This document shows positions 55,378 to 64,000 of a DNA stretch of 64,000 nt, piece by piece. A model generated the notes under the pieces. That model had not been told where the DNA came from. It saw only the letters and a program-made list of their open reading frames with translations, and did no database searches. The translations under genes and the position numbers were made by a program. Position 1 is the first letter of the stretch. Every line of letters begins with the position of its first letter. Origin of the DNA: Candidatus Liptonbacteria bacterium (GTDB taxonomy: Bacteria; Patescibacteriota; Minisyncoccia; UBA6257; 2-01-FULL-56-20); the NCBI GenBank assembly GCA_023244935.1, contig JAHFLJ010000001.1:13327-77326 (forward strand), in the 5' to 3' direction.

Positions 55378-55626
55378 ATGAAAGCAAAAAAAAATTATTC
55401 TTTCTCGGGAAACAGAGACGAGGACGCTATTCCCGAAGAGGAGCTTAAAGGAGACCCGTTTCTCTCGATGTCTCCCGCGTCTGAAGTCGACGAAGAAAAC
55501 GTTGATGACGATGACGGAATAACCGACGGACTACTCACCGAAGATGCCGAAGATGAAGAAAGCGAAGAATCTCTGGGGGCTAATGGTTTTACAATTGTAA
55601 CCGGAGAAAAAGACGACGAAATGTAA
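55378..55626 (+). CDS. Small, highly acidic protein
   Basis: 82 aa, D/E-rich, bracketed by a promoter and a terminator. Confidence 0.65.
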   Translation: MKAKKNYSFSGNRDEDAIPEEELKGDPFLSMSPASEVDEENVDDDDGITDGLLTEDAEDEESEESLGANGFTIVTGEKDDEM

Positions 55627-55630
55627 AATT

Positions 55631-55668
55631 AAAACCCGGACAGTCCATGGACTGTCCGGGTTTTTTTT
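55631..55668 (+). terminator. Intrinsic terminator
   Basis: AAAACCCGGACAGTCCATGGACTGTCCGGG followed by T8. Confidence 0.85.
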
Positions 55669-55686
55669 GGTAAAATCAAGACCTAA

Positions 55687-58122
55687 ATGATTAAAGTTTT
55701 AAGTAAAATGAGCAGGTTCTTAAAGCGCAAAAGTAAAAAAGAACTATTTTTATATTTGCTCGGGATTATTGGAATTATAATTTTAGCCGGAGGCCTTTTT
55801 GTTCTTTATTTAATCAAAACCCTTCCCTCTGTAGAACAAATTAAAACCAGAGAAATGTCCCAGTCTACCAAAATTTTTGACCGAAGCGGAACGGTTCTTT
55901 TATATGAAATTAGCGCCGGAGAAAAGCGCACGGTTATTCCGGAAGATAAGATTCCCCAATCTCTAAAAGACGCGATACTTTCGATTGAAGATGAAAAATT
56001 TTATGAAGAACCGGCTTTTGACTGGAGATCGATGATCCGCGCGCTTCTCGCCAATCTAAAAAGTGGAGAAGTGGTGCAAGGAGGATCAACCATAACTCAG
56101 CAGTTGGCAAAAAACGCGTTCCTTTCGGCTGAACAAACTATTCTACGCAAAGTTAAAGAGTTGATTCTGGCGGTAAGAATTAATCAATATTATTCGAAAG
56201 ACAAAATCCTTTGGCTTTATATAAACGAAGTTCCTTTCGGACCTACTGTTTATGGGGCGGAGTCCGCGAGTTTTTTATATTTCGGGAAATCCGCAACTGA
56301 CCTTTCTGTTCCCGAAAGCGCGGTTCTCGCCGCCATACTCAAAGCGCCAAGCTACTATTATCCGGGAGGAAATCACGTGCCCGAACTTTTAAAACGAAAA
56401 GATTTGGTCTTAAAAAAGATGAAAGATCTCGGAAAAATATCCGAAAAAGAATTTTCCTCCGCGATTAAAGAAAAAATTAAATTTATTCCGATTATCTCCG
56501 GCATAAAAGCCCCTCATTTTGTTATGACGGTACAAGATTATTTAATAAATAAATATGGAGAAGAATTGGTAAGAAAGGGTGGTCTTCAGATTACAACTAC
56601 TCTCGATTGGTCTTTGCAACAAGCCGCGGAAAAGGCAGTTAAAGATGGTGCTTTAAACAACGAAAAACTTTACAAGGGAAAGAATGCCGCGCTGGTAGCT
56701 GAAAACGCAACCTCGGGTCAAATTTTGGCGCTGGTTGGCTCTCGGGACTACTTCGAGACTGAAAATGATGGAAATTTTAATGTCGCCACTCAAGGACTTC
56801 GCCAGCCGGGATCTTCTCTTAAGCCTTTCGTATATCTAGCGGCTTTTGAAAAAGGATTGACTCCCGACACGATTCTTTTTGATGTCCCCACGGAGTTTTC
56901 CGCAAACAACGCTGTCTGTCCGCCGGTTCCTAATTATAAAAGCGAAAACACAAAATGTTTTCATCCGGAAAATTTTGACCATATTTTTGTCGGCCCGGTT
57001 AGCATGAGAGATGCGCTGGCTCAATCAATCAATATTCCTGCGGTAAAAACCCTTTATATTGCCGGTCTCAATAATGTTATCAAAAAAGCTAATCTATTCG
57101 GACTTCAAACTCTTAACGACCCCTCTATATACGGACTCTCTTTGGTTTTAGGTGGAGGAGCGGTTCACTTAATCGACTCGGTTGAAGCTTATTCAACTCT
57201 CGCAAACGATGGAGAAAGAGCGGAACAATCCTATATCCTCGAAATTAAAGATGCCAAAGGAAATATTTTAGAAAAATATTCTCCTAAAATCTCCAGAGCT
57301 ACCGAACCTCAATATGCCCGAGAAATAAATAATATTCTTTCTGATGCAACTGCTCGCGGGCCTCTTTTCCAGAATAGTCTTGATTTAACCGTTTTCCCGG
57401 GAAAAGACGTAGCTATGAAGACCGGTACCAGCAATGATTATCGAGATGCGTGGACTCTTGGTTATACTCCTGAATTAGTTGTAGGTGTTTGGGCTGGAAA
57501 CAACGATAACTCCCCGATGCAAAGAAGTGGCTCAAGCCTCTTGGCGGCTGTTCCGATTTGGAATGCTTTTATGAAAGAAGCTTTGAAAATAATTCCAACC
57601 GGAGCATTTATAAAACCTGATATCAGAATTCCGGAAAAACCTATTTTACGTGGAGAATATGTAGTTAATGGTCAAATTCATAATATTCTTTATTATATCG
57701 ACAAAAATAATCCAACCGGACCGGTTCCGGAGAACCCTCAAGAAGATTCTCAATTTATTAATTGGGAAACCGGAGTTCTTTCTTGGGTTTCTCGACACGC
57801 AACTGAACTCCAAACGAGGTTTTCCTCCTCCGGGTTTGGACAAATAGACGTCAAAATAAATAATCCACAAAATAATTCTTTTTCTTCCGGAGAAATATTT
57901 CTTAATACTTCAATCTCCTCACTCAATAATTTATCGGAAGTAAGAGTTTATTTTAATGATACTTTAATTTACAATGCCGGACTTCCTAAAGAAAAAACTT
58001 ATAATTTTGTTTGGTCTTTTACTCCTGTTCAAATAAATCAACAAAATACCTTATCGGTTGAGGTCTTTGATGAGACCGGGAAAAGTAGCAAATCTTCGGT
58101 TATAATTTATAAACAAAATTAA
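55687..58122 (+). CDS. Class A penicillin-binding protein (PBP1A family)
   Basis: Glycosyltransferase motifs EDEKF, QGGSTITQQL and RKVKE; transpeptidase motifs SSLK, SIN and KTG. Confidence 0.94.
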   Translation: MIKVLSKMSRFLKRKSKKELFLYLLGIIGIIILAGGLFVLYLIKTLPSVEQIKTREMSQSTKIFDRSGTVLLYEISAGEKRTVIPEDKIPQSLKDAILSIEDEKFYEEPAFDWRSMIRALLANLKSGEVVQGGSTITQQLAKNAFLSAEQTILRKVKELILAVRINQYYSKDKILWLYINEVPFGPTVYGAESASFLYFGKSATDLSVPESAVLAAILKAPSYYYPGGNHVPELLKRKDLVLKKMKDLGKISEKEFSSAIKEKIKFIPIISGIKAPHFVMTVQDYLINKYGEELVRKGGLQITTTLDWSLQQAAEKAVKDGALNNEKLYKGKNAALVAENATSGQILALVGSRDYFETENDGNFNVATQGLRQPGSSLKPFVYLAAFEKGLTPDTILFDVPTEFSANNAVCPPVPNYKSENTKCFHPENFDHIFVGPVSMRDALAQSINIPAVKTLYIAGLNNVIKKANLFGLQTLNDPSIYGLSLVLGGGAVHLIDSVEAYSTLANDGERAEQSYILEIKDAKGNILEKYSPKISRATEPQYAREINNILSDATARGPLFQNSLDLTVFPGKDVAMKTGTSNDYRDAWTLGYTPELVVGVWAGNNDNSPMQRSGSSLLAAVPIWNAFMKEALKIIPTGAFIKPDIRIPEKPILRGEYVVNGQIHNILYYIDKNNPTGPVPENPQEDSQFINWETGVLSWVSRHATELQTRFSSSGFGQIDVKINNPQNNSFSSGEIFLNTSISSLNNLSEVRVYFNDTLIYNAGLPKEKTYNFVWSFTPVQINQQNTLSVEVFDETGKSSKSSVIIYKQN

Positions 58123-59225
58123 GACTTAAGTATCGGCATTAATATATACACAAACGATCCTTCATTCGGCTCTCGAATTGTCGCCGGTTTACTTTCGTCG
58201 TTTATTCCGATAAAAACTTCTTCGGTTTTTACGGCTCTTACTCCGTCACTTAAATATTTCCAATTAAAGCTTATTTTTTCGAATGAGCCTTTTATTTTTG
58301 AAGAAAGAGTATAAACATTTTCTCCGACAGATTCTTCGTTAGAAAATATTTTAATTGCTCGGTCTCCTTCTTTTTCAATATTTATCTCGTTAGTTCTTGA
58401 ACTTAAAATCGAGGATAATTTTAAGGCATTTAATAAATCATTTTTATTTATGACTACTTCGGCATCTACCTTTTTAGGTATCAGCTGTTTATAATCCGGA
58501 AATTTATTATCCAGTAAACGAGAAATTATCTCTACTTTTTCGTTTTCCAATAAAATTTGGCTTTCTTCGATATATATATTCACTTCGCCTTCTTTAAAAA
58601 TTTTTGAAGCTTCCACCGCGGTTTTCAAAGGGATCAAACAAGTAATATTTTCCATTCCTTCTTGTTTAAAATCTCCCTCTTTTATTTTTTTCTCGGCAAG
58701 CCGGAAGCTATCCGTGGAAGTTAAAACTAAAAACTCGTTCTCCAGCGTGAATAAAACTGAATTTAGATCCGGTCGGTTTTCTAATACCTGCGCCGCGGAG
58801 AGAACTTGTTCAAGTGAGCTTTTAAAATTGTCGGCACTCATCGAAATAAAATTCTTTTTACTTTTTATTTTAGGAATTAGAGGATATTCATCCGAAGAAA
58901 TACACTGAAGCTTGGCATTATAGTTATCCGTCTTAATATCTAAAACTCCGTTTTTAACTTCCAAATTTATTCTTTCGGTTTGGATTCCATTTACTATTCC
59001 TGAAAATAAAGCCAACGGTATTGTCGTCACTCCTTCTTCAATTACCTTCCCGGCTATGTAAGCGGTTATCGCAATTTCGAGGTTGGTCGAAACTAATTTA
59101 ATCTTATTATTTTTCGCCTCAAATAATATATTTTTTAATATCGGCAATTCTTTATTCTCTCCTCCTGATCTGGAAACAGAGTCTAATCCTTCTTTTAATT
59201 TTTCTTTAATTACTACTACATTCAT
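58119..59225 (-). CDS. dnaN: DNA polymerase III beta clamp
   Basis: Motifs STNLE, TDSFRL, FPDY..LIP and YILMP; downstream of dnaA. Confidence 0.96.
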   Translation of the reverse strand: MNVVVIKEKLKEGLDSVSRSGGENKELPILKNILFEAKNNKIKLVSTNLEIAITAYIAGKVIEEGVTTIPLALFSGIVNGIQTERINLEVKNGVLDIKTDNYNAKLQCISSDEYPLIPKIKSKKNFISMSADNFKSSLEQVLSAAQVLENRPDLNSVLFTLENEFLVLTSTDSFRLAEKKIKEGDFKQEGMENITCLIPLKTAVEASKIFKEGEVNIYIEESQILLENEKVEIISRLLDNKFPDYKQLIPKKVDAEVVINKNDLLNALKLSSILSSRTNEINIEKEGDRAIKIFSNEESVGENVYTLSSKIKGSFEKISFNWKYLSDGVRAVKTEEVFIGINDESKPATIREPNEGSFVYILMPILKS

Positions 59226-59227
59226 GT

Positions 59228-59345
59228 ATTAATAAGATAGTTGTTGTTGTAGAGACGACTAATTCTGTGGATAAATCGGTTTGTTCTAGGTTTTAATTGA
59301 ATCGGTGTTGTGGATAAAAACGCTTTTGCCCGGGGATTAAGGGGA
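59228..59345. promoter_or_regulatory. Predicted oriC unwinding region
   Basis: Perfect DnaA boxes TGTGGATAA at 59266-59274 and 59309-59317; adjacent trio-like TAG TTG TTG TTG TAG and an AT-rich stretch, all in the dnaA-dnaN spacer. Confidence 0.8.
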
Positions 59346-60704
59346 TTATTCCTTGAAAACAAGTTCTTTAATTAAATTCATTTTTTGGCTCAAGGAAGAA
59401 TTTTGGTTGATTTCCCTGGAGATTTTCTCAACCGCGTGAATTGCAGTGGTATGATCCCTACCCATCTTTTCCCCAATGTGTGGGTAAGACATCTCCAGGA
59501 TTTCCCTAATTAAGAACATCGCTACTTGGCGAGGCTCAACAATCTCCTTTTTTCGCACTCTCCCGGTCATTTCTTCCACGGAGATATTGTAAAAATCGGA
59601 AACAGCTTTAATAATTTGATCTTCGGAAACTCGATGAGAAAAATCTTTAACCGTTTTTCGAATAATCTCTTCAACCTCTTTTGGATTAAGGTCAATTCTT
59701 TTGGCTTCTCGATAAAAAAGTATTTTATTTAAAACTCCTTCGATTTCTCGGACGTTCTTTTTTACTTTTCTTGCTATTAGATCAATAACCTCTTCACTTA
59801 GATTCCTATCTTGTTCTAATAATTTACTCTTAATAATCGCCACCCGCATCTCGTATTCCGGAAACCCGATGTCTGCGGTCAGTCCTGCCTCAAAACGCGA
59901 CCTGAGGCGTTCCTCAAGGGTTGGTAGGGATTGTGGAGGACGGTCGGAAGAAATTATTATTTGTTTGTTTAGTTCATGCAGAGCGTTAAAAGTATAGAAA
60001 AATTCTTCTTCGGTTGCTCTTTTACCGCCCACAAACTGAATATCATCGATAATTAAAAGATCGCAGTCTCGATATCTCCTTTTAACGTCTTCCATTCTTT
60101 TATTTTTTATTCCCCAAATCACATCGCTGGTAAATTTTTCGGAGGTCACATATCGCGGCCGTAATTTTCCTCCGTATCGCGCCTTAACTTCATTTCCAAT
60201 GCCTTGTATTAAATGAGTTTTTCCTAAACCAACCCCTCCATAAACAAAGAAAGGATTATATTTGGTTCCAATCTCGTCGATAATCGCGTTTGCGGCCGCG
60301 AAGGCCAATTCGTTTGAAGAACCAACCACAAAAGATTTTAAAGTGTAGCGGGAATTTAAATTTGTCTCCGGATCTATCTTAAAATCCAAATTTATTTTAT
60401 TTTCGAATCGTTGAAAATCCCCCGTGGTAATTTTTTGAGTTTTCGGCTCAAGCACGGCAGTGCTATGAACTACAAACTCCAAGTTTTTTGTAGAAGGGTC
60501 AAAATTTCTAACCGCTCCGAGAATATTTTTATTATATTTATTTTCAACCCACTCCTTCGCGAAATTATTCGGCAAAGAGATAATCAAAGTTCCATCTCGC
60601 TTATCGACAATCCTGCTATTTTTAAGCCAGGTTGCAAAATTAGCCCTAGAAAGCTGAACCTCCATCTCACCTAAAGCAGACTGCCAAAGTTTTTCCAAAT
60701 CCAT
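59346..60704 (-). CDS. dnaA: Chromosomal replication initiator DnaA
   Basis: Motifs YNPFFVYGGVGLGKTHL, IDDIQF, RLRSRF and GRDHTT. Confidence 0.98.
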   Translation of the reverse strand: MDLEKLWQSALGEMEVQLSRANFATWLKNSRIVDKRDGTLIISLPNNFAKEWVENKYNKNILGAVRNFDPSTKNLEFVVHSTAVLEPKTQKITTGDFQRFENKINLDFKIDPETNLNSRYTLKSFVVGSSNELAFAAANAIIDEIGTKYNPFFVYGGVGLGKTHLIQGIGNEVKARYGGKLRPRYVTSEKFTSDVIWGIKNKRMEDVKRRYRDCDLLIIDDIQFVGGKRATEEEFFYTFNALHELNKQIIISSDRPPQSLPTLEERLRSRFEAGLTADIGFPEYEMRVAIIKSKLLEQDRNLSEEVIDLIARKVKKNVREIEGVLNKILFYREAKRIDLNPKEVEEIIRKTVKDFSHRVSEDQIIKAVSDFYNISVEEMTGRVRKKEIVEPRQVAMFLIREILEMSYPHIGEKMGRDHTTAIHAVEKISREINQNSSLSQKMNLIKELVFKE

Positions 60705-60760
60705 TGATAGTATTCTATGCGTAAAATCAGATTCGTCAAAGGACGCTGTTTTTAGGTAAC

Positions 60761-60782
60761 TGCGGATATCCTGTTGATAACT
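60761..60782. promoter_or_regulatory. Degenerate DnaA boxes upstream of dnaA
   Basis: TGCGGATAT and TGTTGATAA. Confidence 0.5.
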
Positions 60783-60808
60783 TATTTTTTTTGTGATAAA
60801 ATAGAATC

Positions 60809-60943
60809 ATGTCCCAAACATACAACCCTAAAAAGAAAAAAAGAGTAAGAACTCATGGGTTTCTGACCAGAAACACAACAAAAGGAGGAAAAAAGGTATT
60901 AAAACGCAGAAGAGCCAAAGGAAGAAAGAAGCTTTCCGTTTAA
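60809..60943 (+). CDS. rpmH: 50S ribosomal protein L34
   Basis: [21 protein letters not shown]...[12 protein letters not shown], 44 aa. Confidence 0.95.
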   Translation: MSQTYNPKKKKRVRTHGFLTRNTTKGGKKVLKRRRAKGRKKLSV

Positions 60944-60948
60944 AAACC

Positions 60949-61260
60949 ATGCTAAATAAAAAGAATAGGCTATCCCCTACGGAATTTAGGGGGCAAAAAG
61001 CCCATTCTTTTTTTATTTCAAAATTTAAAGTGTTATTTGTCAAAAAAAATGAAGGAGTTAATCGTTTTGCGGTTATTATTCCGGCTACAGTAGTAAAAAA
61101 AGCCGTCGATAGGCATTATTGGAGGCGGAGGATAGCTGAAACTGCCAGACTGTGGAAAAATAAAGGATTAGATGCTATTATCTTTGTTAAGAATGCCCCG
61201 CAGAAAAAGGAAAAAGATGAGTTGCTATCGGCTCTATCTAAAGAAATTAATAAAATATAA
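60949..61260 (+). CDS. rnpA: Ribonuclease P protein component
   Basis: MLNKKNRL and the RNR-like KKAVDRHYWRR; sits between rpmH and yidC. Confidence 0.85.
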   Translation: MLNKKNRLSPTEFRGQKAHSFFISKFKVLFVKKNEGVNRFAVIIPATVVKKAVDRHYWRRRIAETARLWKNKGLDAIIFVKNAPQKKEKDELLSALSKEINKI

Positions 61261-61968
61261 ATGATCGGCTCACTATTTAACACAATCCTCTACAAACCAC
61301 TCTTAAACCTTCTTATTCTGCTATATGAGCATGTAACCTTCGGAGATTTAGGGCTGGCCATTATATTAATAACCATTCTCGTTAGAATTGTTCTTTTACC
61401 GCTTTTTGAAAAACAAACCAGGTATCAGCTGGTGATGCAAAAAATTCAGCCTCAAATAAAAGAAGTGGAAAAAAAGCACAAAGGAGATAAAGCTAAACAA
61501 ACCGAGGCAATGATGGCGATTTATAAGGAACACAAAACAAATCCTTTTTCCGGCTTTTTAATCCTATTCATTCAAATTCCGATACTTATCGCGCTATATA
61601 AGATAATCTCGGCCGTGGTGGGCGCAGCTGGGTTTTCCGGTGACCTGTATTCTTTTGTCCCGGCCCCCGAAACAATCAATATTATGTTCTTGGGCTTGAT
61701 AAATTTAGGAAAAGCCAATATCCTAATCGTAGTTCTGGCGGCTCTAGCTCAGTTTTTCCAAGCTAAAACCACCATGTTCAAAAAGAAGCCCGGAGAGGAG
61801 GAGACTCCTCAGGAGAAAGCGGGAAGAACGATGGTCTATGTAACTCCCCTTCTAACCGTTTTTCTGTTTTATAACTTTCCGGCGGCCATCTCTCTCTATT
61901 GGCTCGTGGCTTCAGCGCTTTCCATTATCCAGCAGATAATAATTAAGAGAAAAATAGCAAATGATTAA
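61261..61968 (+). CDS. yidC: Membrane protein insertase YidC (short form)
   Basis: Motifs AIILITILVRIVLLP, MQKIQP, NPFSG and LYW...SIIQQ. Confidence 0.93.
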   Translation: MIGSLFNTILYKPLLNLLILLYEHVTFGDLGLAIILITILVRIVLLPLFEKQTRYQLVMQKIQPQIKEVEKKHKGDKAKQTEAMMAIYKEHKTNPFSGFLILFIQIPILIALYKIISAVVGAAGFSGDLYSFVPAPETINIMFLGLINLGKANILIVVLAALAQFFQAKTTMFKKKPGEEETPQEKAGRTMVYVTPLLTVFLFYNFPAAISLYWLVASALSIIQQIIIKRKIAND

Positions 61969-62395
61969 TTGGGAAGAATATACAAAAGAATTATTCAACA
62001 AAATGGGGTTTGCGGACTTCAGTTTTGACTTTGACGCCGAACACCGGCACGGCGGAGTTTTTCTATATGAAAAAGATCTGATAATAAAGGACAACCTGGC
62101 TTTTTTTGTCGAGAATCTAAACCACGTTTTGCAGTTGGTTGCTCAAAAAAATGGCGAAGATAAAGTTTATATAGATATAAACAATTATAGGAAAGAAAGA
62201 GAAAAACTTCTTATAGAATTGGCCAAAGCCGCCGCTCGCAAAGCCGTCTCCACCAAGCAAGAGATTCCGTTACCGGCAATGAATTCTTATGAGAGAAGAA
62301 TTGTCCACGCGGAGTTGTCCGCCCGACCCGATGTAAAGACCGAAAGCCAAGGGATGGGAAGAGAAAGATTTATAACAATAAAACCGCTCGATTAG
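61961..62395 (+). CDS. Jag/KhpB-like R3H-domain protein
   Basis: Motifs DINNYR and LPAMNSYERRIVH; follows yidC. Confidence 0.85.
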   Translation: MINWEEYTKELFNKMGFADFSFDFDAEHRHGGVFLYEKDLIIKDNLAFFVENLNHVLQLVAQKNGEDKVYIDINNYRKEREKLLIELAKAAARKAVSTKQEIPLPAMNSYERRIVHAELSARPDVKTESQGMGRERFITIKPLD

Positions 62396-62474
62396 AAAAT
62401 AGAACATGGAATTTAGAAAATAGAATAATACATCGATTTCATTCTAAATTCTATTTTCTACGTTCTAGGTTCTA
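62391..62474. repeat. 84-bp inverted heptamer-repeat element, copy 2
   Basis: Reverse complement of 1265-1348 at 78 of 84 positions. Confidence 0.9.
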
Positions 62475-62551
62475 ACCGCCCACATTCTGTCATCCTGAAC
62501 AAAGGGAATGTTCTCTTCTTATTAATACACTAGATTTCCTGCCTAAAGTTA

Positions 62552-63835
62552 TTATCTATTTGGAACCGAGTAGAGGAAATTATTATTCCTATTTATAAAA
62601 TAAATTTCGTTTTCGCCGGAGAAAGGTTTGTATATATCCATCTGCGCTTCTGTCGGCGAGAATACATATCCCAATGAACCATCGTCCAGATTAATTTTAA
62701 CCAAGTCGTCGCTCATCACTAATGATCCACGATAATATTCATCCGGCAAAATAGCTGACTCAAAAGCCTTGGTGTCTCTGGGAAACGCGCAGTAGAGCTC
62801 ATTTTGTGAATGCGTAGGAGTTGTGCTGGCAGAAGTCGAAGTGGCGACCTTAGTTTTAACAACCGAGGTCGTGGCCATCTCAAAATATGAACGAGGGTGA
62901 AAAAAAGAACATTTTTCGGCAAGAGTTGTGACCGTAAGTTTGCTGGACTCTTCTCCTCCGGCTAGACGAATCCTAAGGTTTCCGCCTCGATAGGTTTCGT
63001 TCCCATAAAAAGCCAAACCCATAGATCCCAAATCGTTCCAAACTACGCTTAACGCATATTCGTCTTTTATGAGCGGAATGGCGGTTTTTTTGGAAAGGTT
63101 AAAAGCGATTATGGTATTTTTGATATATGCGGAAGGTCGGCTATTTATCAAAAGAGTATCCTTATCTCTCCACGATAAAATCGGATCTTCTATTTGCAGA
63201 GAGGAGATTTGTTGAGGGGTTGTTTTTGGTTTATCTAAATCCCAAATAAATAAGTTTTTTGTTCCCATTTTCTCATATAAATAAACAACTTCATGGGTTT
63301 TAGGGCGGATTGTCGCGGTAGTATTTGCTAAAATCGGTTGCCAAGTACTTGAGGCAACATCATAGACACTAAACTGTGGAGCGGTTATCTTTCCATAGGT
63401 TAAAAGAATTTTTTTACCATCATTTGAGAATACAACTTCGAGCGGATTCTCAATTTCGGAATTATTCAACTCTCTAGTCTCTCCGGTAGTGGAAACCGAA
63501 GCAACTACTCCCTTTTGGGTCACTAAAATAACTCCTCCGTCCGCAACAGGAGAGAACCCTAAAATTGGTTCTTTATATAAAATTTTCGAACCCAACACGG
63601 TTGTTACTACGTCTTCGCCGGCCAGATTTCCCCCGGTTGCTTCGCTACTACTCCCATTTTCCCCGATAGGTAGCTCAGAAGTTTCTCCCGTCTGTCCGGA
63701 GGGTAGAGTGGCTCCAGAGTCGGTGCCTGTTGGGACTCCGGCGACCTGGTCGGTTCTAGTCCCAAAATAAACACCGGCGCCAACAACTCCCGCAACTGCC
63801 AGAAATATCAATATTATTTTTATCGTTTTGGACAT
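62552..63835 (-). CDS. Membrane-anchored hypothetical protein, possibly beta-propeller-like
   Basis: Start MSKTIK, then a TM helix, a T/G/S-rich linker and a beta-rich remainder (FSNDGKKILL). Confidence 0.7.
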   Translation of the reverse strand: MSKTIKIILIFLAVAGVVGAGVYFGTRTDQVAGVPTGTDSGATLPSGQTGETSELPIGENGSSSEATGGNLAGEDVVTTVLGSKILYKEPILGFSPVADGGVILVTQKGVVASVSTTGETRELNNSEIENPLEVVFSNDGKKILLTYGKITAPQFSVYDVASSTWQPILANTTATIRPKTHEVVYLYEKMGTKNLFIWDLDKPKTTPQQISSLQIEDPILSWRDKDTLLINSRPSAYIKNTIIAFNLSKKTAIPLIKDEYALSVVWNDLGSMGLAFYGNETYRGGNLRIRLAGGEESSKLTVTTLAEKCSFFHPRSYFEMATTSVVKTKVATSTSASTTPTHSQNELYCAFPRDTKAFESAILPDEYYRGSLVMSDDLVKINLDDGSLGYVFSPTEAQMDIYKPFSGENEIYFINRNNNFLYSVPNR

Positions 63836-64000
63836 TTTAGTTACTTGTTTTACACACATCTGAAGTTGTCTGCACGCAAAAATCTCCGATATTATCGGCT
63901 CCGTATTGCTTAAGTAAATTAACACAATTGGAGTCGCAATAAGATTTAGTCCTCGGTGTACCGTCGGGAGAAGTTCGGCTCACGCAAGAGAGCCATCTTT

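Noticed and set aside
60828-61043. 71-aa minus-strand ORF and the many other antisense ORFs in the track
   Set aside because: They are shadows of confidently identified genes (here rpmH and rnpA).

Overview
A chromosomal segment around the replication origin, most likely from a Patescibacteria (CPR, Parcubacteria-like) bacterium. The lineage is inferred from gene content: short YebC and RnpA, IleRS with an inserted phosphatase domain, a pilin-CLec protein and a giant orphan protein. Housekeeping genes include rnj, secG, gpmI, rny, polX, a Clp ATPase, udg, murE, ruvA/B/C, ftsK, trpS, ileS, argS, smpB plus tmRNA, infC-rpmI-rplT, tsaE, pilB, PBP1A, dnaN-oriC-dnaA, rpmH-rnpA-yidC-jag. The most unusual signals are non-coding. 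(1) A complete tRNA-Leu(CAG) is nested in the anticodon-arm position of a second tRNA-shaped RNA upstream of rnj. (2) Four divergent copies of a 155-195 bp multi-stem element with compensatory changes each end GAGC-N4-TTGAC at the -35 box of a sigma70-type promoter, and three are preceded by truncated copies. (3) A pilin-CLec gene resembles a remote DGR target and carries an in-frame palindromic insertion in its leader peptide. (4) An orphan structured RNA has its own promoter and terminator. (5) Many core genes look leaderless, while orphan single-gene cassettes are Shine-Dalgarno-led. All product calls come from motifs recognised by eye; no database searches were run.
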